Origin: Alphaproteobacteria bacterium
Lineage (GTDB): Bacteria; Pseudomonadota; Alphaproteobacteria; UBA2966
Reading direction: 5' to 3'
NCBI GenBank assembly: GCA_964291395.2
Contig: OZ219856.1
Location: 1,184,001 to 1,248,000 of the forward strand
DNA: 64,000 nucleotides
Positions 1 to 9,437 of this stretch are shown piece after piece (the first letter of the stretch is position 1; each line of letters opens with the position of its first letter). Under the pieces are notes generated by a model. The model was not told the origin of the DNA. It made no database searches and worked only from the letters and a program-made list of their open reading frames with translations. Made by a program: the position numbers and the translations under genes.

Positions 1-347
1 GGCCCTTCTCCGAATCACCGGCCTTCAAGGCACTTCAGTACGTGCCTCTAACCGAATGCCGCACGTCGGGCGATACCTCGAGCCGGTACATCCAGACGGT
101 AAAGGCGGAGGGCATGGAGATCGATCTGATTTGGGACCGGCTCGGCACGCCGACGGCGCTGGAGTTGTCGCCCGAGCACGTGGGTACGAGGTCCCACAAC
201 CTCTTCAATCTGCTCGTCGAGTCGCGCGACGCATCGATCGTGGTGAACGGAAGGCGATTGCCCGGAAAGGTGATGCCGCGCCAGCAGGCCGGTATGGATA
301 CGACGACCGGGTTCGTCTACTTCTCCGAGATCTGGATCGAACCCTAA
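1..347 (+). CDS. Hypothetical protein, 3' part (5'-truncated by window edge)
   Basis: Frame 3 is open from the window start to TAA 345-347 (...PFSESPAFKALQYVPLTEC...FVYFSEIWIEP); GC3-rich codons; co-oriented with the downstream operon; no family recognised. Confidence 0.6.
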   Translation, partial: PFSESPAFKALQYVPLTECRTSGDTSSRYIQTVKAEGMEIDLIWDRLGTPTALELSPEHVGTRSHNLFNLLVESRDASIVVNGRRLPGKVMPRQQAGMDTTTGFVYFSEIWIEP

Positions 348-401
348 GCCTCTCGACCCGGGTTGCACCGGGTTCTGGTCGTCAAAGCGGGGGACAGGAC
401 A

Positions 402-1604
402 GTGGCGAATCTCAATGCCGCCGATCAAACGGCTATCGAAAAAGTTCTTGCGGCCGAACCGGTTCTGCAGGGTCTGAAGCCCGCGTCGGAAGCGGTCGGC
501 CTCGATCGGAACACGATCCTCCACGCAGGCCCCGCTTTTGCCAAGCCTGCCGACATCACCAAGCCCATTCTGAATTCCGCCGTCGTCGCGCTCATGTTCG
601 AGGGAGTCGCCGGCGATTTCGAGGCGGCGGAGCAGATGATCCTTTCCGGCGACGTGGTTCCGCGGCCCGCCCAGGACTATGACGTCGTCACGCCGCTCGC
701 GGCTTGCGTTACCTCCTCGTTCATGCTGCAGGAAGTCACGGATGTCGCCGGATCGGGCCGCGCCGCCTACACGCCGATAAACGGCGGAAACAGTCCCGGG
801 GCCATGCGCCTCGGCGTGCGCACGGAGGAATCTCTGGAGCTCGTGCGCTGGCTCAACGGAGACTTCGCGGAAGCCCTGTCCGGCGCTCTCGGTGACCCCG
901 TGCCGACACTACCGGTGGCCAGGACGGGCATGGAGGCGGGGGACGACTGTCACGGACGGACGCCGGCGGCCACCGAGGCGCTCGCTGGAATTCTGTCTCC
1001 GAGATTGACGGGAAGCGCCGGCGCGGAGAAGGCGGCCGGCTTCGTCAAGGAGAGTCCCAGCTACTTCCTCAATCTCTGGATGGCTTCCGCGCGCTGCATG
1101 CTGGGCGCTGCGTCGGGTACCGAGGGCAGCAGCCTGGTCATCGGGGCCGGCGGCAATGGTGCCGAGGCGGGCATACAGGTTGCGGGTCTGCCCGGGCGGT
1201 GGTTCACCGCACCCGCCGATCCCCCGAAGCACGAGGCGCCGGAAGACGTCCCGGAAGGCCGGGCGTTGGGTGCCATCGGGGACTCGGCGATCGTCGACGC
1301 CATGGGGTTCGGCGCCATGGCCATGAACCTGGCGCCGGAGCAGAAGAAGGGGATGCACCGCTTGATGCCCGAGGGCGGTCTCGAGTTGCCGGCGATGCTT
1401 CTGGCGTCCGAACATCCGGGATTCGGCGGCCTCGGCCTGTGCGTCGGCATGGCGGCGCGCACCGTCGTCGATGCGGAGCGCCGGCCCGTGGTCAGTCTCG
1501 GCGTGCTCGACAACGAGGGCGAACTGGGTCGTCTGACGGGGGGTATCTTCGAAACTCCGATGAGCGTCTTCCGGGATGCCGTGGCGGCTCTGGAGGCCGC
1601 GTGA
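402..1604 (+). CDS. DUF1116 family protein (YlbE/YahG, AllG-like)
   Basis: Motifs ILHAGP, GDDCHGR and IGDSAIVDAMGFGAMAM resemble DUF1116; GTG 402 follows a purine-rich GGGGACAGGA; stop overlaps the next start (TGATG). Confidence 0.75.
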   Translation: MANLNAADQTAIEKVLAAEPVLQGLKPASEAVGLDRNTILHAGPAFAKPADITKPILNSAVVALMFEGVAGDFEAAEQMILSGDVVPRPAQDYDVVTPLAACVTSSFMLQEVTDVAGSGRAAYTPINGGNSPGAMRLGVRTEESLELVRWLNGDFAEALSGALGDPVPTLPVARTGMEAGDDCHGRTPAATEALAGILSPRLTGSAGAEKAAGFVKESPSYFLNLWMASARCMLGAASGTEGSSLVIGAGGNGAEAGIQVAGLPGRWFTAPADPPKHEAPEDVPEGRALGAIGDSAIVDAMGFGAMAMNLAPEQKKGMHRLMPEGGLELPAMLLASEHPGFGGLGLCVGMAARTVVDAERRPVVSLGVLDNEGELGRLTGGIFETPMSVFRDAVAALEAA

Positions 1605-2881
1605 TGACCGAGCTCAACAGGCTCGGAGCCAAAGAGGTCGCCGACCTGATCGCGTCGAGGGAGGCCGGCGCCGAGGAAGTCGTCAAAGCGTGTATCGCCC
1701 GGATCGAGGAACGCGAGCCGGACGTCGGCGCCTTTCAGTACTTCGATGCGGATTACGCTCTCGAGCAGGCAAGGACCTTGGACAACGGCCCTTCCAAGGG
1801 CGTCCTCCACGGCGTGCCTCTTGGCATCAAGGACATCATCGACACGAAGGACATGCCGACAGGAAATGGCTCGCGCATCTATCAAGGCCGCCGACCCATC
1901 TCCGATGCGAGTTGCGTCGCGCTCTCGCGCGAGGCCGGCGCCATCATCCTGGGCAAGACGGTGACCACGGAATTCGCCTATTTCTTTCCGGGAAAGACCA
2001 GGAATCCACATAACCTGAGTCACACGACCGGCGGGTCGTCCATGGGGTCGGCGGCCGGTGCGGCCGACCACATGTTTCCCATCGGTTTCGGGTCGCAGAC
2101 TGCCGCCTCCGTCACGCGGCCGGCCGCCTACTGCGGTGCGCTCGGTTACAAGGCGACGACAGGGGACTTCGATCTGCAGGGCGTGTGCGGTCTCGCAGCC
2201 TCGTACGACACGCTCGGATTCCTGTGCCGCGATCTCGAGGACATCTCTCTGATGCGCCAGGCGCTGATCGGCGACCGGCCGGTGCCGCCGCGCGCCGACG
2301 GCGCGCCGCCACGGGTGGGCTTCGTCCGTACGCCCTGGTGGGACGAGGCGGATACCGCCACCCATCACGCCCTCGGGTGGGCCGCCGAGAAATTGGCGGG
2401 CGAGGGGGCGGATGTAACGGAACCGACGTTGCCGTCGGAATTCGGCGAGCTGATCGAGACGCACAAACTGGTGATGGCGTTCGACGCTGCCCGCGCTCGC
2501 GCGTACGAATACGTCAATCATCCGGACGAGCTCAGTCCGCAGTTCACCGCTCTGATGGAGGAAGGCCGCGCCGTGTCTTACGCAGACTATCGGGCCGCGC
2601 AGACGCGGTCGGTCGCTTGCCGAAAGCAGGTCGCGGACCTGATGTCCGACGTCGACGTCTTGTTGGCGCCAAGCGCGCCGGGCGAAGCCCCCGAAGGACA
2701 TGCCGCAACCGGCGATCCCATCTTCAGCCGCATGTGGACATTGCTCCACGTTCCTTCCGTGACCCTGCCCGTGGCGACGGGTGATTCCGGACTGCCCATC
2801 GGCGTGCAGATTATCGGCAAGGCCCATGGCGACGGTACGTTGATCAGCGACGCGCGGTGGATTTACGACCGGCTCGAGTAG
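1604..2881 (+). CDS. Amidase-signature family amidase (copy 1)
   Basis: HGVPLGIKD (catalytic Lys), GKTVTTEFA, GGSSMGSAA, GSQTAASVTRPAAYCG, GLPIGVQ; ATG 1604 overlaps the upstream stop. Confidence 0.92.
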   Translation: MTELNRLGAKEVADLIASREAGAEEVVKACIARIEEREPDVGAFQYFDADYALEQARTLDNGPSKGVLHGVPLGIKDIIDTKDMPTGNGSRIYQGRRPISDASCVALSREAGAIILGKTVTTEFAYFFPGKTRNPHNLSHTTGGSSMGSAAGAADHMFPIGFGSQTAASVTRPAAYCGALGYKATTGDFDLQGVCGLAASYDTLGFLCRDLEDISLMRQALIGDRPVPPRADGAPPRVGFVRTPWWDEADTATHHALGWAAEKLAGEGADVTEPTLPSEFGELIETHKLVMAFDAARARAYEYVNHPDELSPQFTALMEEGRAVSYADYRAAQTRSVACRKQVADLMSDVDVLLAPSAPGEAPEGHAATGDPIFSRMWTLLHVPSVTLPVATGDSGLPIGVQIIGKAHGDGTLISDARWIYDRLE

Positions 2882-2908
2882 CGTCGGCATCGAGACGCGA
2901 TTTCGGCG

Positions 2909-4210
2909 ATGGTGAACCTCATGCATCTCGATGTCCGCGAGGCCGCGCATGCCGTCGCCTCGGGAGAGGTGAGCGCCGAGGAGCTGGTGCAGGCCTGCCT
3001 CGACCGGATCTCCGCGCGCGAGGACGAGGTCCGGGCTTTCGAATACCTCGACCCCGGGTACGCCCTCGATCAGGCCCGAAATCTGGACAACGGGCCGCGG
3101 CTCGGCCCCCTCCACGGCGTGCCCATCGGCATCAAGGATACCTATGACACGGCCGATATGACGTCGGCCTATGGCTCGCCGATCCATGAAGGCAACCGGC
3201 CCCGCGCGGATGCCAGCGCCGTCGCGCTATGCCGCGCAGCCGGGGCGGTGATCGTCGGGAAGACGGTCTCGACGGAGTTCGCCTATTGGAGCCCGGGCAA
3301 GACGCGGAACCCCCGCAATCTCGATCATACCCCCGGCGGTTCGTCGAGCGGTTCGGCGGCCGCGGTCGCCGACAACATGCTGCCGTTGGCGTTCGGTTCG
3401 CAGACGGCGGCGTCGGTCATTCGGCCGGCGGCGTTCTGCGGCGTGTTCGGCTACAAGGCGACCCGTGGCGGTATCGATTCCCGTGGTCTTCTTCCCTTGG
3501 CCCCGACGCTGGACTCGCCAGGGTTCTTCACGCGCGCGCTCGGTGACATCAATCTTGTGCGTTCCGTGCTCGTCGGCGATGACCCGAATCCCGCGCCTCG
3601 GCCCGACGATTCGCCGCCCCGGATCGGCCTCGTGCGGACCGTGCATTGGGACGAGGCCGATCCTGCCAGCCGTGACCTCGTGGAGGATTCAGCGCACCGT
3701 CTCGCCGGCGCGGGTGCCCCGGTCTCGGAGCCGGTGATGCCGGACGGGTTCCAGCACCTCGCGGAGATTCAGAACACGATCATGGCGTTCGAGATCGCCC
3801 GCGGGTTCGCCTGGGAATACGCCAATCACCGCGACAAGCTCAGCGACACCTTCCGCGAGATCGTGGAGACGGGGCTGTCGACGCCTTACGATGACTATGT
3901 TTCGGCCATCACCGCGGCGGATCGCTGTCGTGCCGGCCTTGCCGCCGTCATGGAGGACTACGACGTCCTCATCGCGCCGAGCGCGGTGGGCGAGGCGCCG
4001 GCGGGAACAGGGTCGACGGGAGACCCCCTGTTCAGCCGGATGTGGACGCTGATGTACCTGCCGTCCGTCCATCTGCCGACGGGCTCCGGACCGAACGGCC
4101 TGCCCGTGGGGATTCAGGTGATGGGACGTTGCCATCGCGACAGCCGGTTGGTGATCGACGCCCAGTGGATGTGGGATCGCCTGGTCTCGTCCGGAACGCG
4201 CGCGGCATGA
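2909..4210 (+). CDS. Amidase-signature family amidase (copy 2)
   Basis: HGVPIGIKD, PGGSSSGSAAAVA, GSQTAASVIRPAAFCG, GLPVGIQ. Confidence 0.92.
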   Translation: MVNLMHLDVREAAHAVASGEVSAEELVQACLDRISAREDEVRAFEYLDPGYALDQARNLDNGPRLGPLHGVPIGIKDTYDTADMTSAYGSPIHEGNRPRADASAVALCRAAGAVIVGKTVSTEFAYWSPGKTRNPRNLDHTPGGSSSGSAAAVADNMLPLAFGSQTAASVIRPAAFCGVFGYKATRGGIDSRGLLPLAPTLDSPGFFTRALGDINLVRSVLVGDDPNPAPRPDDSPPRIGLVRTVHWDEADPASRDLVEDSAHRLAGAGAPVSEPVMPDGFQHLAEIQNTIMAFEIARGFAWEYANHRDKLSDTFREIVETGLSTPYDDYVSAITAADRCRAGLAAVMEDYDVLIAPSAVGEAPAGTGSTGDPLFSRMWTLMYLPSVHLPTGSGPNGLPVGIQVMGRCHRDSRLVIDAQWMWDRLVSSGTRAA

Positions 4211-5481
4211 CGCCTCGCAACGAGCTGGCCGCCCATGAGGTCGTCAGCCTGATCGCGTCCGGCGAAACCAGCGCCGAGGAGGTGACGCGCGCATGCCTCG
4301 CGCGGATCGAGGCGCGCGAACCGGTCGTCGGGGCTTTCGAGTACCTCGATCCGGCTTACGCGATCGCGCAGGCGAGAGCGCTCGACGACGGTCCCCTGCG
4401 CGGACCGCTGCACGGGCTCCCCATCGGCGTCAAGGACTGTTTCGAGACCTTCGACATGCCGACGGGTTATGGCAGCGAGATCTACGGCGGCAACAACACC
4501 GGGCGGGATGCGGCGATCGTCACCCTGATGCGCAATGCCGGCGCGGTCATCTTGGGCAAGACCGTGACCAGCGAATTCATCGCGTTCTGGCCCGGCAAGA
4601 CTCGAAACCCGCACAACCCGGAACACACGACCGGCGTATCGTCGATGGGTTCGGCGGCGGGCGTCGCGGACATGATGGCGCCTGTCGGTTTGGCGACCCA
4701 GTCGGGCGGCTCGACGATCCGTCCCGCGGCCCACTGCGGGGTGATCGGATACAAGTCGAGCTACGGCGAGATGCCGACGGATGGGCTCATGCCCATGCAG
4801 GCGAGCACGGACACCGTCGGGTTCATGGTCCGTCATGTCGAGGACGCCGTCCTCATGCGGAAGGCGCTGCTGGGGGCCGAGCCGGCGCCGTCGCGCCCGG
4901 CCGGGAGTCCGCCCCGCGTGGCGCTCATCCGCACGAGCCACTGGGAGGAGGCCGAGCCGATCACCCACGAGGTCATCGAGCGCGTCGCCGGGAAGCTGCG
5001 GGCCGCCGGCGCCGTCGTGGAGGAACCCGCCATGGCGGGCCGTCTCGACGGGTTCACGGACGTCGCCGTTGCGATCCAGCGGTTCGAGTTCGCGCACTGG
5101 CGGGCCTATGAATGGACGCACCATCGCGAGGAGATCAGCGCACCCCTGCGGGAGTTCATGGAGGAGGGCTGGAAAACGAGCTTCGAGGACTACAACCGGG
5201 CGCAGATCACGGCTGCGGAAATGCGGGCCGCGTTCGATACCCTTTTCGACGACTACGATCTGGTGTTGACGCCGAGCGCCGCGGGCGAGGCGCTCAAGCT
5301 CGGGTATCCGACCGGCAGTTCGAACTTCAACCGCATGTGGTCCTTGCTGCACGGTCCGGGCATCAATTTGCCGGCCGGCAGGGGGCCGCAAGGCCTGCCT
5401 GTCGGCGTGCAGCTCATCGGCCGCAAATACGGTGACGACAGATTTCTCGCCGACGCGGCCTGGGTCCACGAGCGGATCTGA
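4207..5481 (+). CDS. Amidase-signature family amidase (copy 3)
   Basis: HGLPIGVKD, TGVSSMGSAA, ATQSGGSTIRPAAHCG, GLPVGVQ; ATGA overlap with copy 2. Confidence 0.9.
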   Translation: MTPRNELAAHEVVSLIASGETSAEEVTRACLARIEAREPVVGAFEYLDPAYAIAQARALDDGPLRGPLHGLPIGVKDCFETFDMPTGYGSEIYGGNNTGRDAAIVTLMRNAGAVILGKTVTSEFIAFWPGKTRNPHNPEHTTGVSSMGSAAGVADMMAPVGLATQSGGSTIRPAAHCGVIGYKSSYGEMPTDGLMPMQASTDTVGFMVRHVEDAVLMRKALLGAEPAPSRPAGSPPRVALIRTSHWEEAEPITHEVIERVAGKLRAAGAVVEEPAMAGRLDGFTDVAVAIQRFEFAHWRAYEWTHHREEISAPLREFMEEGWKTSFEDYNRAQITAAEMRAAFDTLFDDYDLVLTPSAAGEALKLGYPTGSSNFNRMWSLLHGPGINLPAGRGPQGLPVGVQLIGRKYGDDRFLADAAWVHERI

Positions 5482-5917
5482 AACCTTCTACGTCTTCTAC
5501 GTCGACGTCGGGCGGGTTCCGTTCCTCGACGATCAGGGGGCGTAGAACCCCCTGGCCGCCTGTTCCCATTACCGGTGGCGGGGGTGCCGGCAGGTGCCGG
5601 GATGCGGGACGGGACCGCATCGACATGACGCCGGCGGGTCGGCACGCAAGCGGTGCAAGGCATCCGCCGGTGGAGTTTCATGGATAAGCAGGTTGAAGTT
5701 TGCCGAAGTGTTTCCTTGCAGCAATTCTCATTATGGCGTTGATCAATCCCTCCCCCGTCAGGGAGAGGAACGCGGGTTGGCACCGCCGCGGCTCCTTCCC
5801 CGACAGAAGACGGAACCTGCAAGAATCCCGACCATGATCCGCAAGCCCCCGATGACCTCGAAACCCCACAATGGGAATTGCTGGTTTCCTTGACGGCGAT
5901 GGGTGCGAACGGGCCTC

Positions 5918-5947
5918 TTACCCTACAATTTAAATTTAGTAGGGTAA
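5918..5947. promoter_or_regulatory. Palindromic operator-like site containing a TACAAT -10-like hexamer
   Basis: TTACCCTAC-AATTTAAATTTA-GTAGGGTAA: perfect 9-bp arms, ending 4 nt before ATG 5952. Confidence 0.6.
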
Positions 5948-5951
5948 TTCC

Positions 5952-6983
5952 ATGAACGGCCTCCGCTATCACTCCCACACGGCGCAGGCGGCGTACCACG
6001 ACCTGCTGCGCCTGCTCCGTGACGAGGCGGTCTCGGACCTACGCGGCAAGCCCGTACTGAAGGAGGTCAACGGGCGATCGTACTGGTATGACCGGTACCG
6101 GCTCGGGATACGAATCGTCGATCGCTATATCGGTGAGGACAGCGCCGGCTTGAAAGCGCGCATCGATCGACATGCCGAGATCAAGGCGGCGGCAAAGGAG
6201 GCGGAGCGCGAGCGTTCGCGCCTGGTGCGGTTGTTGCGCGCCGAGGGGTATCTGCCGATCGACGTGATGAGCGGCCAGCTCCTGACGGCACTTGCGCGGG
6301 CCGGGGTGTTCCGGCTCGGCGGGACCCTGGTCGGCACCCAGGCCTTCCGGCTCTACGAGGGCGAACTAGGCGTCTGGATCAGCGCCGACCAGTCGGCGAT
6401 GACGATGGACATCGACATTACGAGCTTCGAGCGATTGTCGTTGGCGCTCGACGATGAGGTAGACTCGGCACTACCGGAGATATTTTCCGAATTCGCCTTC
6501 GATCCGGTACCGGGGATCGATCAGCAAGGCGATGTCTGGAAATGGCGCCAGACCAACCAGCAAACCCTGATCGAGTTCCTGACCCCCTCCTTCGAAGCCA
6601 ATGAAGGAATCCGGCACCTGCCGGCGCTCGGGGTAAAGGCGCGCGCGCTTCATCATCTGAACTATCTGCTCGCGGAGCCCATCCAGGCTACGGTCCTTTA
6701 CCGGCGCGGCGCGATCGTACAGATTCCGCGACCCGAACGCTTTGCGATCCACAAGCTGATTGTCGCCGACCGGCGCCGCGATGGTCCCGATGCCCGCAAA
6801 TCCGCGAAGGATCGCGCACAGGCGGCATTCCTGATCCGAGTCCTGGCGGAGAACCAGCCCGACGCGCTGGCCGAGGCCTACGAGGACGCGAGATCGCGTG
6901 GACCGGTTTGGTGCGCCCGGATCACGAGAAGTCTGGAACGCATGGCGGGGACGGCGAGCATCCTCGACGGGCTCTCGTCGTGA
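5952..6983 (+). CDS. GSU2403-family nucleotidyltransferase-fold protein
   Basis: N-terminal YWY...RYIG segment; GGTLVGTQAF...TMDIDI NTase motif; IEFLTP; P.PERFAIHKLIVA...KDRAQA tail. Confidence 0.8.
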   Translation: MNGLRYHSHTAQAAYHDLLRLLRDEAVSDLRGKPVLKEVNGRSYWYDRYRLGIRIVDRYIGEDSAGLKARIDRHAEIKAAAKEAERERSRLVRLLRAEGYLPIDVMSGQLLTALARAGVFRLGGTLVGTQAFRLYEGELGVWISADQSAMTMDIDITSFERLSLALDDEVDSALPEIFSEFAFDPVPGIDQQGDVWKWRQTNQQTLIEFLTPSFEANEGIRHLPALGVKARALHHLNYLLAEPIQATVLYRRGAIVQIPRPERFAIHKLIVADRRRDGPDARKSAKDRAQAAFLIRVLAENQPDALAEAYEDARSRGPVWCARITRSLERMAGTASILDGLSS

Positions 6984-7163
6984 CCGCTGCGCGAGTCCCG
7001 ACCCGGTAGTCACACCACGATCGTTGACATGGCATTCGGCCGATAGGGCGATACGAGACCGCGGGCTCACGCGGCCTGTGCGGCACCGGACGAATTGGAT
7101 CCGGCGGCGGGATCAACCCCGGATGTGCCGGTCCACCCAGCCTGCGTGTCCGAGCAGGACTTC

Positions 7164-7380
7164 GTCATCGAACGCGTCGTCGGGAAACTGCGGGTCGCCG
7201 TCGCCGTCACGATCCGGCGATTCGAGTCCGCACACCGCCGCCGATGGCCCGCGCCTGTCGCGATGAGGATGCGGTCTACCGGATCACCGTTCGCGATCCG
7301 GATCACCGCGCAGGAAAACGGGCATCCTGTCAATCAAAATTTGCCGGCACCCGCAGAATATTGAACGACCAAGATTTCGT
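7164..7380 (+). pseudogene. Eroded relic of an amidase resembling copy 3
   Basis: 7164-7200 matches 4972-5008 (33/37 nt); 7200-7235 matches 5062-5097 (30/36 nt); further short collinear matches (ITA.E, NLPA) downstream. Confidence 0.7.
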
Positions 7381-7431
7381 GATCCCCTGCTCCCCGCAGG
7401 GCGGTTGCACGGCGGCCGTCCAAGGAATTGG

Positions 7432-8386
7432 TCAGGCGATGTCGGACCGGATGGTCTTCGATGAAACGTCGGGGCGCGCTTTTCCCGGTGTCGGCCGGTT
7501 GCCCGAGGAGGACTCTTCGAATTCATCCAGCGCCCGCGCCAGCGCGCAGAATGTCGGCACGTCGAGGTCTTCGGGGCGCATGGTCGGAGCGGCCCGGGCC
7601 CGCGCCAACAGTTGGCCGACGTCGACGTCGAGGGATTTCAAGCTGGACCTCAGCATCTTGCGGCGCTGTCCGAATGCCGCGGACGTGACGCGCTCCAGGG
7701 ACAGGCGATTGGCTGGCGCCAACGGCGGGCTCAGCGGTGTGAGGCCGATAACCGCCGACGTCACCTTCGGCGGCGGGACGAAAGGCTGCGGGGGGAACGT
7801 CAAAGTGCGAGGTGGGCCTAGCCGCCCACTGAACGAGGACCGACAGGCGGCCGTACGACTTCGTGCCGGGCCGGGCGACGAGACGTTCCGCGACTTCCTT
7901 TTGAAACATGAGAGTCAGCCCGTCGAAACGGTCTAAATCGGCAATCCAGCGAATCAGAAGCGCCGTGGCGATGTTGTAAGGCAGATTTGCAATGATCTTT
8001 GCCGGGCCCGAAACGTGCGCGGCAAGATCCGTTTCGAGCGCGTCCTCATTCACAATGACCAGCCTTTCGGGATAGGCAGCGGCGAGCTCCTCGAGTGCGC
8101 TCACGCAGCGCGTGTCCCGCTCAATCGCCACCACGCGCCGTGCATCGGATTCCAGGATCGCACGCGTCAGGCCTCCGGGGCCCGGGCCGACCTCTATGAC
8201 CTCCATGCCCCGAAGGCTGCCGGCCGCCCGGACGATTCGCCGCGTCAGATTGAGATCCAGAAGGAAATTTTGCCCAAGGCCCTTCCGCGCGCTCAGTTTG
8301 TGCCTTGCAATGACATCCCTGAGAGGCGGCAGAGACCGCGGGCGGGTGTGGTCGGCCGAGCCTTCCCGTTTTCGCGGGTCAGCCAT
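7432..8386 (-). CDS. rsmA: 16S rRNA dimethyladenosine methyltransferase (frameshift near 7782, probably a sequencing error)
   Basis: [39 protein letters not shown]; [11 protein letters not shown] and [10 protein letters not shown] lie in the adjacent frame; removing one T (minus strand) restores the ORF. Confidence 0.92.
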
Positions 8387-9437
8387 GCGCCGACAAGGAG
8401 AGACCTTCGTGCGTCACGACCCGCCGTGCCATTCGGGCTGCCAGCTTGAGAGCGTTGAGCATGCTCGTCTCGTCCGCGGTGCCTCGACCAGCAATATCGA
8501 GCGCCGTTCCGTGATCGGGAGACGTGCGGACGAAGGGCAGGCCGAGCGTCACGTTAACGCCTCCCATGAAATCGATGGCTTTCAAGGGGATGAGCGCCTG
8601 GTCGTGATACATGCAAATCGCCGCATCGTACGTGGCGCGCGCGCCGGCGTGGAAAAGTGAGTCGGCCGGCAGCGGTCCTCGTACGTCGAGCCCGTCGGCT
8701 TGCAGCAACTCGATGGCGGGTCGAATGATCGTTCGCTCCTCCTCACCGAAAAGACCATCATCCCCGGCGTGAGGATTGAGAGACGCGACGACAAGGCGCG
8801 GTCGATCGATGCCGAAATAGGTGACAAGGGCATCGTTTGACACCTTGGAGACTTCTACGATGGCTGTTGGAGTCAACGCCATGATGGCGTCCTTCAAGGC
8901 CATGTGGCCGGTTACGGGAACGACCCGCAGCTCGTCGCTGACGAGCATCATCACCGGCTTCGACACTTCGGCGAGAACACCCAGGTACTCCGTATGGCCG
9001 GGATAGGGAAACTCCGCCCGCGACAACGTTGACTTGTGAATCGGGTTCGTCACCACTGCCGCGGCCTCCCTACGACGCACCGCGGCCACGGCGTCGTCGA
9101 TGGAACGGACGACGGCCCCGGAGTTGGATGAATCGGGTTGCCCTGGGGTGACGTCGACGGAAATTTGGATCGGCATGACCGGCAATGCGTCCCGAAACAC
9201 CTGAGGGACTTCGGCAGTGGATTCGATCCGGCGGATCGGAACCTCCAGGCCGAGATCGCGACGCAGCGAGTCCAGGCGGGCAGGACCATCGACCGCGAAG
9301 AACGGGCTCAAATCTTCGGCCTCTCGCCGAAGCCAGCACTTCAATGTCAGCTCACCCCCAACCCCCGCAGGCTCACCCATCGTAACGGCAAGCGGACCGC
9401 TCCCGGACCGCGGATGTTGGCGACCCCTGGACGTCAT
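8379..9437 (-). CDS. pdxA: 4-hydroxythreonine-4-phosphate dehydrogenase
   Basis: [46 protein letters not shown]. Confidence 0.96.
   Translation of the reverse strand: MTSRGRQHPRSGSGPLAVTMGEPAGVGGELTLKCWLRREAEDLSPFFAVDGPARLDSLRRDLGLEVPIRRIESTAEVPQVFRDALPVMPIQISVDVTPGQPDSSNSGAVVRSIDDAVAAVRRREAAAVVTNPIHKSTLSRAEFPYPGHTEYLGVLAEVSKPVMMLVSDELRVVPVTGHMALKDAIMALTPTAIVEVSKVSNDALVTYFGIDRPRLVVASLNPHAGDDGLFGEEERTIIRPAIELLQADGLDVRGPLPADSLFHAGARATYDAAICMYHDQALIPLKAIDFMGGVNVTLGLPFVRTSPDHGTALDIAGRGTADETSMLNALKLAARMARRVVTHEGLSLSAHG

Noticed and set aside
1061-3187. 708-aa minus-strand ORF
   Set aside because: Antisense shadow of the amidases; no motifs; expected in high-GC coding DNA.
5534-5770. Short hairpins CAGGGGG/CCCCCTG and CCCTCCCCC...GGGAGAGG after amidase 3
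   Set aside because: No U-tract and no second copy in the window; cannot be distinguished from chance GC-rich stems.
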